26,657 nt of DNA from positions 1 to 26,657 of the forward strand of contig JBMFOH010000023.1 of assembly GCA_049969715.1 (NCBI GenBank), read 5' to 3'. The DNA comes from a bacterium. Its GTDB lineage: Bacteria > DUMJ01. Positions 8,755 to 16,733 of this stretch are shown here, in pieces; position 1 is the first letter of the stretch; every line of letters begins with the position of its first letter. The position numbers and the translations under genes are program-made. Under the pieces are notes generated by a model. The model was not told the DNA's origin. It was given only the letters and a program-made list of their open reading frames with translations, and ran no database searches.

Positions 8755-9588
8755 ATGAATGTAAGATGGTTTATGACAAGGGTAGTAAGCAGAATAGTAC
8801 TTCTTTTAATAGGTATTATATTTCTGGTTCCAATCTTTTGGATGTTTACTACATCTATAAAGGATATGTCTCAAGTAATGGCTTATCCTCCCGTATGGTG
8901 GCCCAATCCGCCTAAATGGCATAACTATATAGAAGCGGTAAATTATATACCGTTTGGACGGTATACAATAAATACTATTATAATATGTGCAGGAAATATA
9001 ATAGGAGTCTTATTCTCTGCGCCTCTTGTTGCTTATAGCATATCAAAGATAAAATGGAGAGGCAGGAATTTCCTGTTTATGCTCATACTAAGTACTATCC
9101 TTATACCCTTTCCTGTAATAATGATCCCTGTATTTATCATATTCTCTAAACTAGGATGGATAAATACCTTTAGACCTCTTATAGTACCTGCCTTTTTCGG
9201 CGGAGGAGCTTTCAATATATTCCTTTTGAGACAGTTCTTTATGACTATCCCAGAGGAACTGTCTGATGCTGCTCGCATAGATGGGGCCAGTGAGTTTAGT
9301 ATATATTCCAGAATAATGCTTCCTCTTATAAAACCAATTCTTATAGTGATATCTCTCTTTACCTTCCTAGGGGCATGGAATGACTTTATGGGCCCACTTA
9401 TCTATCTACAAAGTGAGGCAAAGTATACACTTGCCCTTGGATTGCAGATGTATAGGTCTACAAACTATGTAGAATGGCCACTACTTATGGCAGCAGCCAC
9501 AATAGTAGTTGTTCCAACCATTATTGCATTCTATTTTACCCAGAATACTATAGTAGAGAGTGTAACCCTTACAGGACTCAAGGGATAA
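8755..9588 (+). CDS. Carbohydrate ABC transporter permease (MalG/UgpE-like)
   Basis: EAA loop ...DAARIDGASEFSIYSRIMLPLIKPIL. Six TM segments. RBS GGAGGAGGAG. Starts 4 nt after the upstream permease stop. Confidence 0.85.
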   Translation: MNVRWFMTRVVSRIVLLLIGIIFLVPIFWMFTTSIKDMSQVMAYPPVWWPNPPKWHNYIEAVNYIPFGRYTINTIIICAGNIIGVLFSAPLVAYSISKIKWRGRNFLFMLILSTILIPFPVIMIPVFIIFSKLGWINTFRPLIVPAFFGGGAFNIFLLRQFFMTIPEELSDAARIDGASEFSIYSRIMLPLIKPILIVISLFTFLGAWNDFMGPLIYLQSEAKYTLALGLQMYRSTNYVEWPLLMAAATIVVVPTIIAFYFTQNTIVESVTLTGLKG

Positions 9589-9649
9589 TATAATAAGTAT
9601 TTTGCTTAGATTATAGAGATGTTCACGGATATTTCCTGAGTATGCTATG

Positions 9650-9700
9650 GAAGAAGGCAGCATGAAACAATATAAGCTCGCCTTCTTCTTGTAATTTTTC
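9650..9700. terminator. Candidate bidirectional terminator between convergent sugar-ABC and flavodiiron genes
   Basis: GAAGAAGGC (9650-9658), a 21-nt loop, then GCCTTCTTC (9680-9688). It is followed by TTGTAATTTTTC on the plus strand. The loop is long, so stability is uncertain. Confidence 0.4.
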
Positions 9701-10871
9701 AAACAAACTGTCTATGTTTCTCTGCTATTATGTCTGCAAGTCTATCAATAGCCCTTAAGTCTTCTTCTCTAGGAAGCCCCTTTACAAGAACAGGTTCTAA
9801 TATTTCTACCTTTAGATTGGTAAGTATATTCTGTATGTACTCTACTGTCTTTCCTCCCCATCCGTAAGAGCCTATGATAGAGGCATACTTTAGTTTTGGT
9901 CTTAGCACATTGCAAAGGTATGCGGCATACACTACACTAGGATGAGGGCCAGCCAAAACCGTAGGTGTCCCTATTATTATAGTGCCAGCATCAACCAAGC
10001 TCATTGCCAGTTTTCCTAAATCTACTGAGGATAGGTCAAATCTTTCTAAACCCACGTCTCTTTTGGTGAGTGAATCTACTAGATAATCTACCATATGTTT
10101 CGTGCTATCATGCATAGAAATATAGGGTATTACAACTACATTCTTAGGGTTATCTGATATCCAATCCTTATAGGCATTAATTATAAAAGATGGTTCATTA
10201 TAGATTGGACCATGACTTGGGGCGATGATTGATATCTCGTAAGCACCTATCTTCTCTATATTATTCTTTATCGTCGTTCTAAATGGCATCATAATCTCTG
10301 CGTAGTATCTCTTAGCTGATTCATAGACCCTATCCTTATCAGTTGCATAGAGAGAGTTTGTAGCCAGGTGAGAACCGAAAAAGTCACAGGTGAAGAGGAT
10401 CTTGTCCTCTAGCAAATATGTACTCATTGTCTCAGGCCAATGAACCCATGGGGTATATATAAACTTTAACGTCTTATCTCCAAGAGATATGGTATCTCCA
10501 TCTTTTACTGTAATAATTCTCTCCTCCTGAATATTGAGATGGTCTATCAGCATATCCTTTCCCCTAGAAGAGATTATTACCTTAGCTTCTTTGTATTTTT
10601 CAAGAACAAAGGGAAGAGAACCAGAGTGGTCCTGTTCTACATGATGAATCACTATATAATCAATCCTAGTAATATCATTCAGTTGCTCCATAAGTTGGTA
10701 GGTCATTCTTGGATCTACTGTATCTAAAAGCGCTATCCCTTCACTTCCCTTTATGAGATAAGCATTATAGCTTGTGCCATCTGGAAGAGGGATAAGGGAA
10801 TCAAAAAGCCTTCTATCCCAATCTATAGCTGGCAATTCATAAATATTTTCTTTTATCTCTCTTTTTACCAT
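9699..10871 (-). CDS. Flavodiiron protein (FprA-type; metallo-beta-lactamase-like diiron domain + flavodoxin domain)
   Basis: Diiron ligand motif HHVEQDHSGS (H-x-E-x-D-H). C-terminal flavodoxin-like region ...VVVIPYISMHDSTKHMVDYL...IIGTPT.... Length 390 aa. RBS AGGAGGGA. A possible own promoter (TATAAT-like box) lies in the 63-nt gap upstream. Confidence 0.9.
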   Translation of the reverse strand: MVKREIKENIYELPAIDWDRRLFDSLIPLPDGTSYNAYLIKGSEGIALLDTVDPRMTYQLMEQLNDITRIDYIVIHHVEQDHSGSLPFVLEKYKEAKVIISSRGKDMLIDHLNIQEERIITVKDGDTISLGDKTLKFIYTPWVHWPETMSTYLLEDKILFTCDFFGSHLATNSLYATDKDRVYESAKRYYAEIMMPFRTTIKNNIEKIGAYEISIIAPSHGPIYNEPSFIINAYKDWISDNPKNVVVIPYISMHDSTKHMVDYLVDSLTKRDVGLERFDLSSVDLGKLAMSLVDAGTIIIGTPTVLAGPHPSVVYAAYLCNVLRPKLKYASIIGSYGWGGKTVEYIQNILTNLKVEILEPVLVKGLPREEDLRAIDRLADIIAEKHRQFV

Positions 10872-10934
10872 AAGTCCCTCCTATATAACTTTTATTATTA
10901 ATTATATAGGAATTCTTATAATAACACAAGTCCA

Positions 10935-12218
10935 CTACTTTTTATCTCTCTTAGAATCCATCTTCTTATATAACTTTATAAATTCTCTCACCAGTGTGGA
11001 ATCTGGTTTGATGTCACTATACCTTATCCCTATATAAATATCTCTCATCTCTTTTATGATATTTTTATTGAAGAAACCTTCTGACTTTTTATATATCTCT
11101 AGGGTAGTATCACTATCTCTAAGTTCTATCCCTTTCCCTTTACAAGCCTGTAGGTATCTTCTGTAATAAAGCCTTATCTTTTCTAAGCTATTTTTAGGTC
11201 TTACTACCGAGAGAAATCTTTCTAAAAGATTTGTTCCCTTTGCTTCTCTAAGGATAAACTCTTTCACTTCAACATAATCTTCCTTCTTTTCCTTCCTATT
11301 GTAAGTATACTTCTGAAATAGCCTTACTATAATATAGAGGACTATGGCTAAAATAATTGTGCCAGCCATAGCTAAAAGTACTCTATCTATCACCCCAGAA
11401 GAACTAGTATTTTTCTCTACCTGTTTCATCAATCCCATTCTACTCCCTATCTTCAAATTTCCTGAAAGAAGTTCTTTATTCTCAAGTCCGTAGATCTTCA
11501 GTTTGAATGTATTTTTTCTCCCTATAATGCCAAATAGAAGCTCAAAGATGTATCCAAACACCCATAAGATACCAGTAAATACAATAGAAATGATTTCAAC
11601 AGACAGGCGAAAGACATATGATATGCCTTTAAATAAAACCCCCCTAACTGGTTCTAGGCTTAAGAGGAAACTAATAGATATAATAGCAGCTGAATACCTT
11701 AGGTTTATCCTATCCATCTCTCTATTTGCTGGATTATATTCTAGATATCTAAGGGTTCTCAACAGTATTATAGATGTTACAAGATACACCATAAAGTAAG
11801 GGAATACCAATCTATTAAAGAGTATAAGTTTAAAAGGAGAGATAATAGAAAGGAGTATAGAGATCGAGATTATTATAACCATAATACGAAGTGCACTCTT
11901 AAATCCATCTATACTTCCCCCATAAGTTATCTTGGTAAGTCCTCTAAAATTTATATATAGGGTGTATAGGTAGGCAATAGAAATAAGAAGCCTATCTGCT
12001 AAACTATTAAAAAAGATAACAGGGATAATCATCATAAGAAAAACTAGGCTACGAAATATCCTATTGTGTAGCCCTTGAGATAGGAGAGAGAGTAATACTA
12101 ATTCGACAAATATCACTTCTCCTGCCGTTATCCTGCCTATAAAACTTAATATGAAATTCAATATACCTATAACGAGAGATATATTACCTATCAGTTTGAG
12201 ATAGCGTATATTCATCAT
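10935..12218 (-). CDS. Polytopic membrane protein with C-terminal DUF4129-like cytoplasmic domain (third gene of MoxR module)
   Basis: About 280 aa of repeated hydrophobic helices, at least 7 predicted by eye. The charged C-terminal domain ...IRLYYRRYLQACKGKGIELRDSDTTLEIYKK... matches the DUF4129 pattern (Y..YL...G......T..E). Overlaps the upstream DUF58 gene by about 35 nt. No transglutaminase Cys-His-Asp core is seen. Confidence 0.6.
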   Translation of the reverse strand: MMNIRYLKLIGNISLVIGILNFILSFIGRITAGEVIFVELVLLSLLSQGLHNRIFRSLVFLMMIIPVIFFNSLADRLLISIAYLYTLYINFRGLTKITYGGSIDGFKSALRIMVIIISISILLSIISPFKLILFNRLVFPYFMVYLVTSIILLRTLRYLEYNPANREMDRINLRYSAAIISISFLLSLEPVRGVLFKGISYVFRLSVEIISIVFTGILWVFGYIFELLFGIIGRKNTFKLKIYGLENKELLSGNLKIGSRMGLMKQVEKNTSSSGVIDRVLLAMAGTIILAIVLYIIVRLFQKYTYNRKEKKEDYVEVKEFILREAKGTNLLERFLSVVRPKNSLEKIRLYYRRYLQACKGKGIELRDSDTTLEIYKKSEGFFNKNIIKEMRDIYIGIRYSDIKPDSTLVREFIKLYKKMDSKRDKK

Positions 12219-13338
12219 CTCTCTTCTCTACATATTTGATTATATTCTCAGAAAGACATTCTAGATTATCCCTACTTAGAGAGATAATTATTACCCTTGT
12301 CATCTCTGAAGCTATAGAGTTTATGAAATCTATATAGGAATCAAGGATCTTAGGAGTTATGATAATATAGGTAGAACAATGAATATCTTTCTTATTCATA
12401 GTTAGAATTAGGTCTTCAAAACTTATACTTATGTTATATGACATCCTACCAAGGTATTCTAAAAGATTATTCAATTGAACCTGACCGGCGGAAGGATATA
12501 TCATATTTCTTTCTGCTGGAAGTCCGCTCATAATTGCATTAGTAATAAAACCATAAGGGATCTTCTTCTCTTCAAGGGTTTCTATTATTCCTCTAGTAAT
12601 AGAGATGCATCTCTCTATATCATCTATGCTCTTTTTATCTAGACCAGACCAGAACGGTTTTACACACTCTATATTTAGGAAGATCATAGTAGTATTCTCC
12701 ATCGTAAAATCGAATTTTCTCACCATAAGGCTATTATGCCTTGCTGAAGAAGGCCAGTGTATAGTCTTTGCTGGTTCTAACCCAGTATATTCTCTTATTC
12801 CTATTATCATAGTAGGGTCATCTATTATCCATCTTTCAACAGATAATTCTCCATTGTAGTCTCCATAAGGTATTATCTCTTCTCTTAGATCTACAGGTTT
12901 TGGCAATGCGATAATCTCTTGCCAATAATCTAAACCTTTAGTAAATGTATTTAAACCAAGGAGGTCTCCTGCTATTAGAGATACATCAGAAAAAATATAT
13001 CTTCCTCTCTTATCGCAATATGCCACATAGGTTCTTTTAATCCTTTGATAGGGAAGAAGAAACATGGTAATCGTATGGTACAGGAACTCTACAGTCTTAA
13101 ATCTGTCTGTCCTAAATCTATACTGAATAGTTGCAGGGAATCTCTCAATAATCTGAAAGAATGTCACTGGCAGCGCCTTTCTGTTCTCTATCACAGTGAC
13201 TATGTCAAAGTCTTCATTTACCTCTACAATCTTCTTAGATATCTCCCTCGAATATCTAACCCCTTTCAATGCATACTTTTTAGAAAGAGAGTTTAACCCT
13301 ATCCCTAGAATAATCAAAAATACCAACACGTATACCAT
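12184..13338 (-). CDS. DUF58-family protein (vWA-like fold, MoxR partner)
   Basis: N-terminal TM helix MVYVLVFLIILGIGL. Hallmark DUF58 motif IREYTGLEPAKTIHWPSSARHNSLMVRKFD (R-x-Y-x-x-G-[DE]-...-I-x-W-x-x-x-A-R). Starts 5 nt after the MoxR stop. Confidence 0.75.
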   Translation of the reverse strand: MVYVLVFLIILGIGLNSLSKKYALKGVRYSREISKKIVEVNEDFDIVTVIENRKALPVTFFQIIERFPATIQYRFRTDRFKTVEFLYHTITMFLLPYQRIKRTYVAYCDKRGRYIFSDVSLIAGDLLGLNTFTKGLDYWQEIIALPKPVDLREEIIPYGDYNGELSVERWIIDDPTMIIGIREYTGLEPAKTIHWPSSARHNSLMVRKFDFTMENTTMIFLNIECVKPFWSGLDKKSIDDIERCISITRGIIETLEEKKIPYGFITNAIMSGLPAERNMIYPSAGQVQLNNLLEYLGRMSYNISISFEDLILTMNKKDIHCSTYIIITPKILDSYIDFINSIASEMTRVIIISLSRDNLECLSENIIKYVEKRDDEYTLSQTDR

Positions 13339-13343
13339 AAGAT

Positions 13344-14288
13344 TTATAGTTCCTCTACAGGTACTTTTATAGTATCCACCAAAGACTTGATAAATGAATA
13401 TATATTTCTATCCTTACTGATACCCTTAAGAATGACCCTATGATTCAAAACATATGGAGCCATCTCCTTTATATCTTCTGGAATGATGTAATCTCTTCCG
13501 TTTATAGCTGCATATACTTGGCTTGCCTTAAAGAGAGCTATAGTACCTCTTGGGCTTACTCCAAGTTGACTTATATCCATCGTTCGAGTCTTTTCAGCTA
13601 TATCTAGAAGATAGTCCATAACCTCTTTTGTAGCTTTTACCTCACTATAGTTGCTCCTTACGTAGTCTACCTCTTCTTGGGTTATTACCCTATCTATGTT
13701 ATCAAGCATCCTGGGATTTTTATTCCTGTTTACAATCTCTACCTCTTCCTCTCTGGTTGGATATCCAATCTTTATCCTCATAAAAAATCTGTCTAGTTGT
13801 GCCTCTGGAAGAGGAAATGTGCCGTAGGACTCTATAGGATTTTGGGTAGCTAATACCATAAATGGCTCAGGTAGTCTCCTAGTTATTCCGTCTACAGTGA
13901 TCTGCTTTTCTTCCATTGCCTCCAATAAGCTAGACTGAGTCCTTGGGGTTGCTCTATTAATCTCATCAGCTAGTATTATATTGGCAAAGAGTGGTCCTGG
14001 CTTAAATTGAAAGTCTCCTACCTTTTGATTGTAGAAATTTATCCCAGTAAGGTCAGAAGGTAGAAGGTCAGGAGTAAATTGAATCCTCTTAAAGTCGTAT
14101 CCTATACTCCTAGCGAAAGCCTTAACAAGCATTGTTTTGCCTAATCCTGGGACATCCTCCAACAAAATATGTCCCCCGCATATAAAAGAGACAATCACAA
14201 GATCAATCACATCCCCCTTACCTACTATTACCTTTGACACATTATCTTTAATCTTATCTCTAAAATTCAAAAATACATCTAGATTCAT
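13344..14288 (-). CDS. MoxR-family AAA+ ATPase
   Basis: Walker A LEDVPGLGKTMLVKAF. Walker B IILADEINRATP. Sensor region VLATQNPIESYGTFPLPEAQLDRF. About 314 aa, typical of single-domain MoxR (AAA_3). RBS AGGAGGG, 7 nt upstream of the ATG. Confidence 0.9.
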   Translation of the reverse strand: MNLDVFLNFRDKIKDNVSKVIVGKGDVIDLVIVSFICGGHILLEDVPGLGKTMLVKAFARSIGYDFKRIQFTPDLLPSDLTGINFYNQKVGDFQFKPGPLFANIILADEINRATPRTQSSLLEAMEEKQITVDGITRRLPEPFMVLATQNPIESYGTFPLPEAQLDRFFMRIKIGYPTREEEVEIVNRNKNPRMLDNIDRVITQEEVDYVRSNYSEVKATKEVMDYLLDIAEKTRTMDISQLGVSPRGTIALFKASQVYAAINGRDYIIPEDIKEMAPYVLNHRVILKGISKDRNIYSFIKSLVDTIKVPVEEL

Positions 14289-14311
14289 TCTTTCCCTCCT
14301 AATAAACCAAA

Positions 14312-14345
14312 ATAGCTCCTACAGAGGCTATTCTGTAGGAGCTAT
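14312..14345 (-). terminator. Terminator-like hairpin at 3' end of a ~100-nt leader immediately upstream of the MoxR RBS
   Basis: Perfect 13-bp inverted repeat ATAGCTCCTACAG-aggctatt-CTGTAGGAGCTAT. On the minus strand it is followed directly by TTTTGGTTTATT, then AGGAGGG and the ATG. About 80 nt upstream on the minus strand is a near-consensus promoter. Confidence 0.5.
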
Positions 14346-14400
14346 CAGCCATAACCGGCTACTATAATCTTCTTTAAGACGAGCTCCATCGTCTGTAAAA

Positions 14401-14429
14401 ATAATACACTTCTTAAAGATAATTGTCAA
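14401..14429 (-). promoter_or_regulatory. Sigma-70-type promoter driving the MoxR-DUF58-DUF4129 operon (or a leader RNA)
   Basis: Minus strand reads TTGACA (plus 14424-14429), spacer attatctttaagaagtg (17 nt), then TATTAT (plus 14401-14406). The predicted TSS is about 105 nt upstream of the MoxR ATG. Confidence 0.5.
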
Positions 14430-14691
14430 TAAAGATTCTACCCTGAGCTATAATCACTTTTCAGGAAGAGGACTCCTTTCTGGCTAGATCTGATATACTA
14501 TAATCAAAAACCTAACCAGAAAATAGATAAGATTGGCACCTGATACTAGGGGAGTTATCTATTTATTTTGAGAATCGATTAGGAATTTACTCTAGTTTCT
14601 TGCCAGACCCGAAGCCAGTAAAACTTCATAGAAATTGTGATAAAATATTACTATCATAAAAAAATTCTCACATATTAAAGGGGTTTGTTTT

Positions 14692-16470
14692 GTGAAATAT
14701 CTAATTAGACTAGTGAAGATAGCTAGACCATATTGGAAATATCTAGTAATTGCAGGAATTAGTGCATTGGCTATAACAGGGATAAACCTTCTGGGACCTT
14801 GGCTTATAAGGCAGCTTATTGACATCATTACAAACTTACATCAATATCCTGATCCAAGAAGATATATAATGAGGCTCTCTATTCTCCTTACCCTTTCATA
14901 CATAGCAAGGGTTCTATTTCAGTTTCTAAGCAACTATCTAGCTCACTATGCTGCCTGGCATTTAGTTGCTTATATGCGAGGTTTGGTATACGATAAACTC
15001 CAACAGTTATCTTTCAGATATTTCCAGGAAAGACAAACAGGACAGATTATGTCGAGAGTAATAAATGATACCGCTAATTTTGAATCATTAATCGCTCATG
15101 CGGTCCCTGACCTCTTTACCAATATTCTTATAATACTTGGAGTGGCTATTATACTATTCTTGGTAAATCCGACCTTGGCATTCTTATCTCTAATACCTAT
15201 TCCTTTTCTGGTATATGGTGGCACAACCTTTGCAAAACGCATCCTTCCTAACTTTAGAGAGGCACAGAGAGTACTTGCAGATTTAAATGCCGCGCTTCAG
15301 GATAATATCTCCGGTATCCGTGAGATTCAATTATTCAATCAACAGAAGAGAGAGTTAGATAAGATTAATAATAAGGTTTATAAACATACCTCTGCCCTTC
15401 TCAATGCTTTAAAATTGAGCGCCATATTCCATCCTACTGTAAGCTTTTTGAGCTCAATAGGAACAGTAGCTGTCGTCTCTGTAGGAGGGTTTATGGCTCT
15501 ACACGGGAAGATCTCTGTAGGGGATATAGTAGGTTTTATCCTCTATCTTAGTATGTTCTATCAACCGGTGACAGCGCTTAGTCAGGTAATAGAAAATGTA
15601 CAGCAGGCTCTAGCTGGCGCTGAGAGAGTCTTCGAGGTATTAGAGACAGAATCAGAAATTAAAGAAAAACCAAATGCGATTGAGCTCAAAAATGTTAGAG
15701 GGAAGGTAACGTTTGAAGATGTAAGTTTTTCATACAATGAAGGTATACCAATTTTAAAGAATATCTCATTTAACGTGGAACCTGGGCAGATGGTTGCCTT
15801 TGTTGGACCCACTGGAGTTGGAAAGACAACAATAATGTCTCTATTGGTTCGTTTCTTTGACCCAGATTCAGGAAGTATAAAGATAGATGATATAGATATT
15901 AGAGAGGTTACCTTAAAATCACTCCATGACAACATAAGCGTAGTAATGCAAGACGTGTTCTTATTTGACGGGACCATAACAGAAAATATTGCCTATGGGA
16001 AAGAGGATGCTACTATAGACGAGATAATAAATGCTGCAAAGATTGCCTGTGCTCATGACTTTATTATGGAACTCTCTGATGGATACAATACACATATAGG
16101 GGAAAGAGGAGTTAAGCTCTCAGGTGGACAGAAACAGAGATTAGCAATTGCTAGGGCAATCTTAAAAAATGCCCCTATCTTAGTCTTCGATGAAGCTACC
16201 TCCTCTGTTGATACAGAAACAGAAACTAAGATTCAACAGGCAATAAATAATCTGGCAGGAAAAAGGACAATCTTTATTATAGCTCATAGATTGTCTACTG
16301 TAAAACGGGCAGACAAGATCATCGTATTAAAAGAAGGAGAAATAGTAGAAGAGGGAACACACGAAGAGCTCCTCGCTCTAAAGGAACTATACTACCATCT
16401 ATGTTCTGTTCAATTTATAGAACAAGAGTTGTATAATGCTAATAAGGTAGAAGCCTTAGAAGAAACCTAA
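14692..16470 (+). CDS. ABC exporter, fused transmembrane + ATP-binding domains (MsbA / type-1 exporter family)
   Basis: Six-TM N-terminal domain. Walker A GPTGVGKTT. ABC signature LSGGQKQRLAIARAIL. Walker B ILVFDEATSSVD. H-loop IAHRLST. GTG start with AAAGGGG RBS. Length 592 aa. Confidence 0.9.
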   Translation: MKYLIRLVKIARPYWKYLVIAGISALAITGINLLGPWLIRQLIDIITNLHQYPDPRRYIMRLSILLTLSYIARVLFQFLSNYLAHYAAWHLVAYMRGLVYDKLQQLSFRYFQERQTGQIMSRVINDTANFESLIAHAVPDLFTNILIILGVAIILFLVNPTLAFLSLIPIPFLVYGGTTFAKRILPNFREAQRVLADLNAALQDNISGIREIQLFNQQKRELDKINNKVYKHTSALLNALKLSAIFHPTVSFLSSIGTVAVVSVGGFMALHGKISVGDIVGFILYLSMFYQPVTALSQVIENVQQALAGAERVFEVLETESEIKEKPNAIELKNVRGKVTFEDVSFSYNEGIPILKNISFNVEPGQMVAFVGPTGVGKTTIMSLLVRFFDPDSGSIKIDDIDIREVTLKSLHDNISVVMQDVFLFDGTITENIAYGKEDATIDEIINAAKIACAHDFIMELSDGYNTHIGERGVKLSGGQKQRLAIARAILKNAPILVFDEATSSVDTETETKIQQAINNLAGKRTIFIIAHRLSTVKRADKIIVLKEGEIVEEGTHEELLALKELYYHLCSVQFIEQELYNANKVEALEET

Positions 16471-16733
16471 GGGGTCTATTAAATCCCACATTGTTCAGAT
16501 GGAACTATTTCTAGTCGACCTCTTTTGTTCTCTATTAGTATTGGAGAGAATGTCTTAAAGCGCAGTAAAGTGTCATTTATTGTCCCTCTAATTCAAAGAT
16601 AAAAACTTCAAAAATTACGATTATCCTTTTAGCGTGATAATACAGGAGAATGCTATCTCTTGAAGCTATTCAGTTCCGGCCCCTGGGGCAAATGGTACAT
16701 TTATCCTTAATAAGATTAGGTAGGCAAAGTACT

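Noticed and set aside
9481-9702. 73-aa minus-strand ORF spanning the convergent intergenic region
   Set aside because: It overlaps the 3' end of the permease gene and the terminator-like inverted repeat. No RBS and odd Cys/Tyr-rich composition.
14423-14454. Plus-strand promoter TTGTCA-20-TATAAT facing the ABC exporter
   Set aside because: A spacer of 20 nt is too long for a canonical sigma-70 promoter. The minus-strand TTGACA-17-TATTAT using the same bases fits far better.
14430-14460. tRNA-like string TAGCTCAGGGTAGAATC (minus strand)
   Set aside because: Resembles a D-arm, but no acceptor stem, anticodon arm or T-arm (GTTCRANYC) can be built around it. It is part of the promoter region.
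14592-14828. 78-aa minus-strand ORF overlapping the ABC exporter start
   Set aside because: Antisense shadow ORF across the start of a well-supported gene. No RBS and low-complexity content.
15582-15977. 131-aa minus-strand ORF inside the ABC exporter gene; likewise 271-504(-), 2488-2679(-), 3820-4029(-), 4110-4459(-), 4959-5195(-), 7576-7914(-), 8291-8515(-), 9033-9278(-), 10539-10727(+), 11503-11799(+), 12605-13296(+), 14137-14367(+), 19199-19432(+), 23180-24061(+), 24426-24650(+), 25647-26263(+)
   Set aside because: All lie antisense within longer ORFs that have clear family motifs. They are typical shadow ORFs in AT-rich DNA.
16677-16690. CCGGCCCCTGGGGC as an intrinsic terminator
   Set aside because: Only a 4-bp stem with a 3-nt loop is possible, and no U-tract follows on either strand. 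It is kept only as a curiosity in the intergenic finding.
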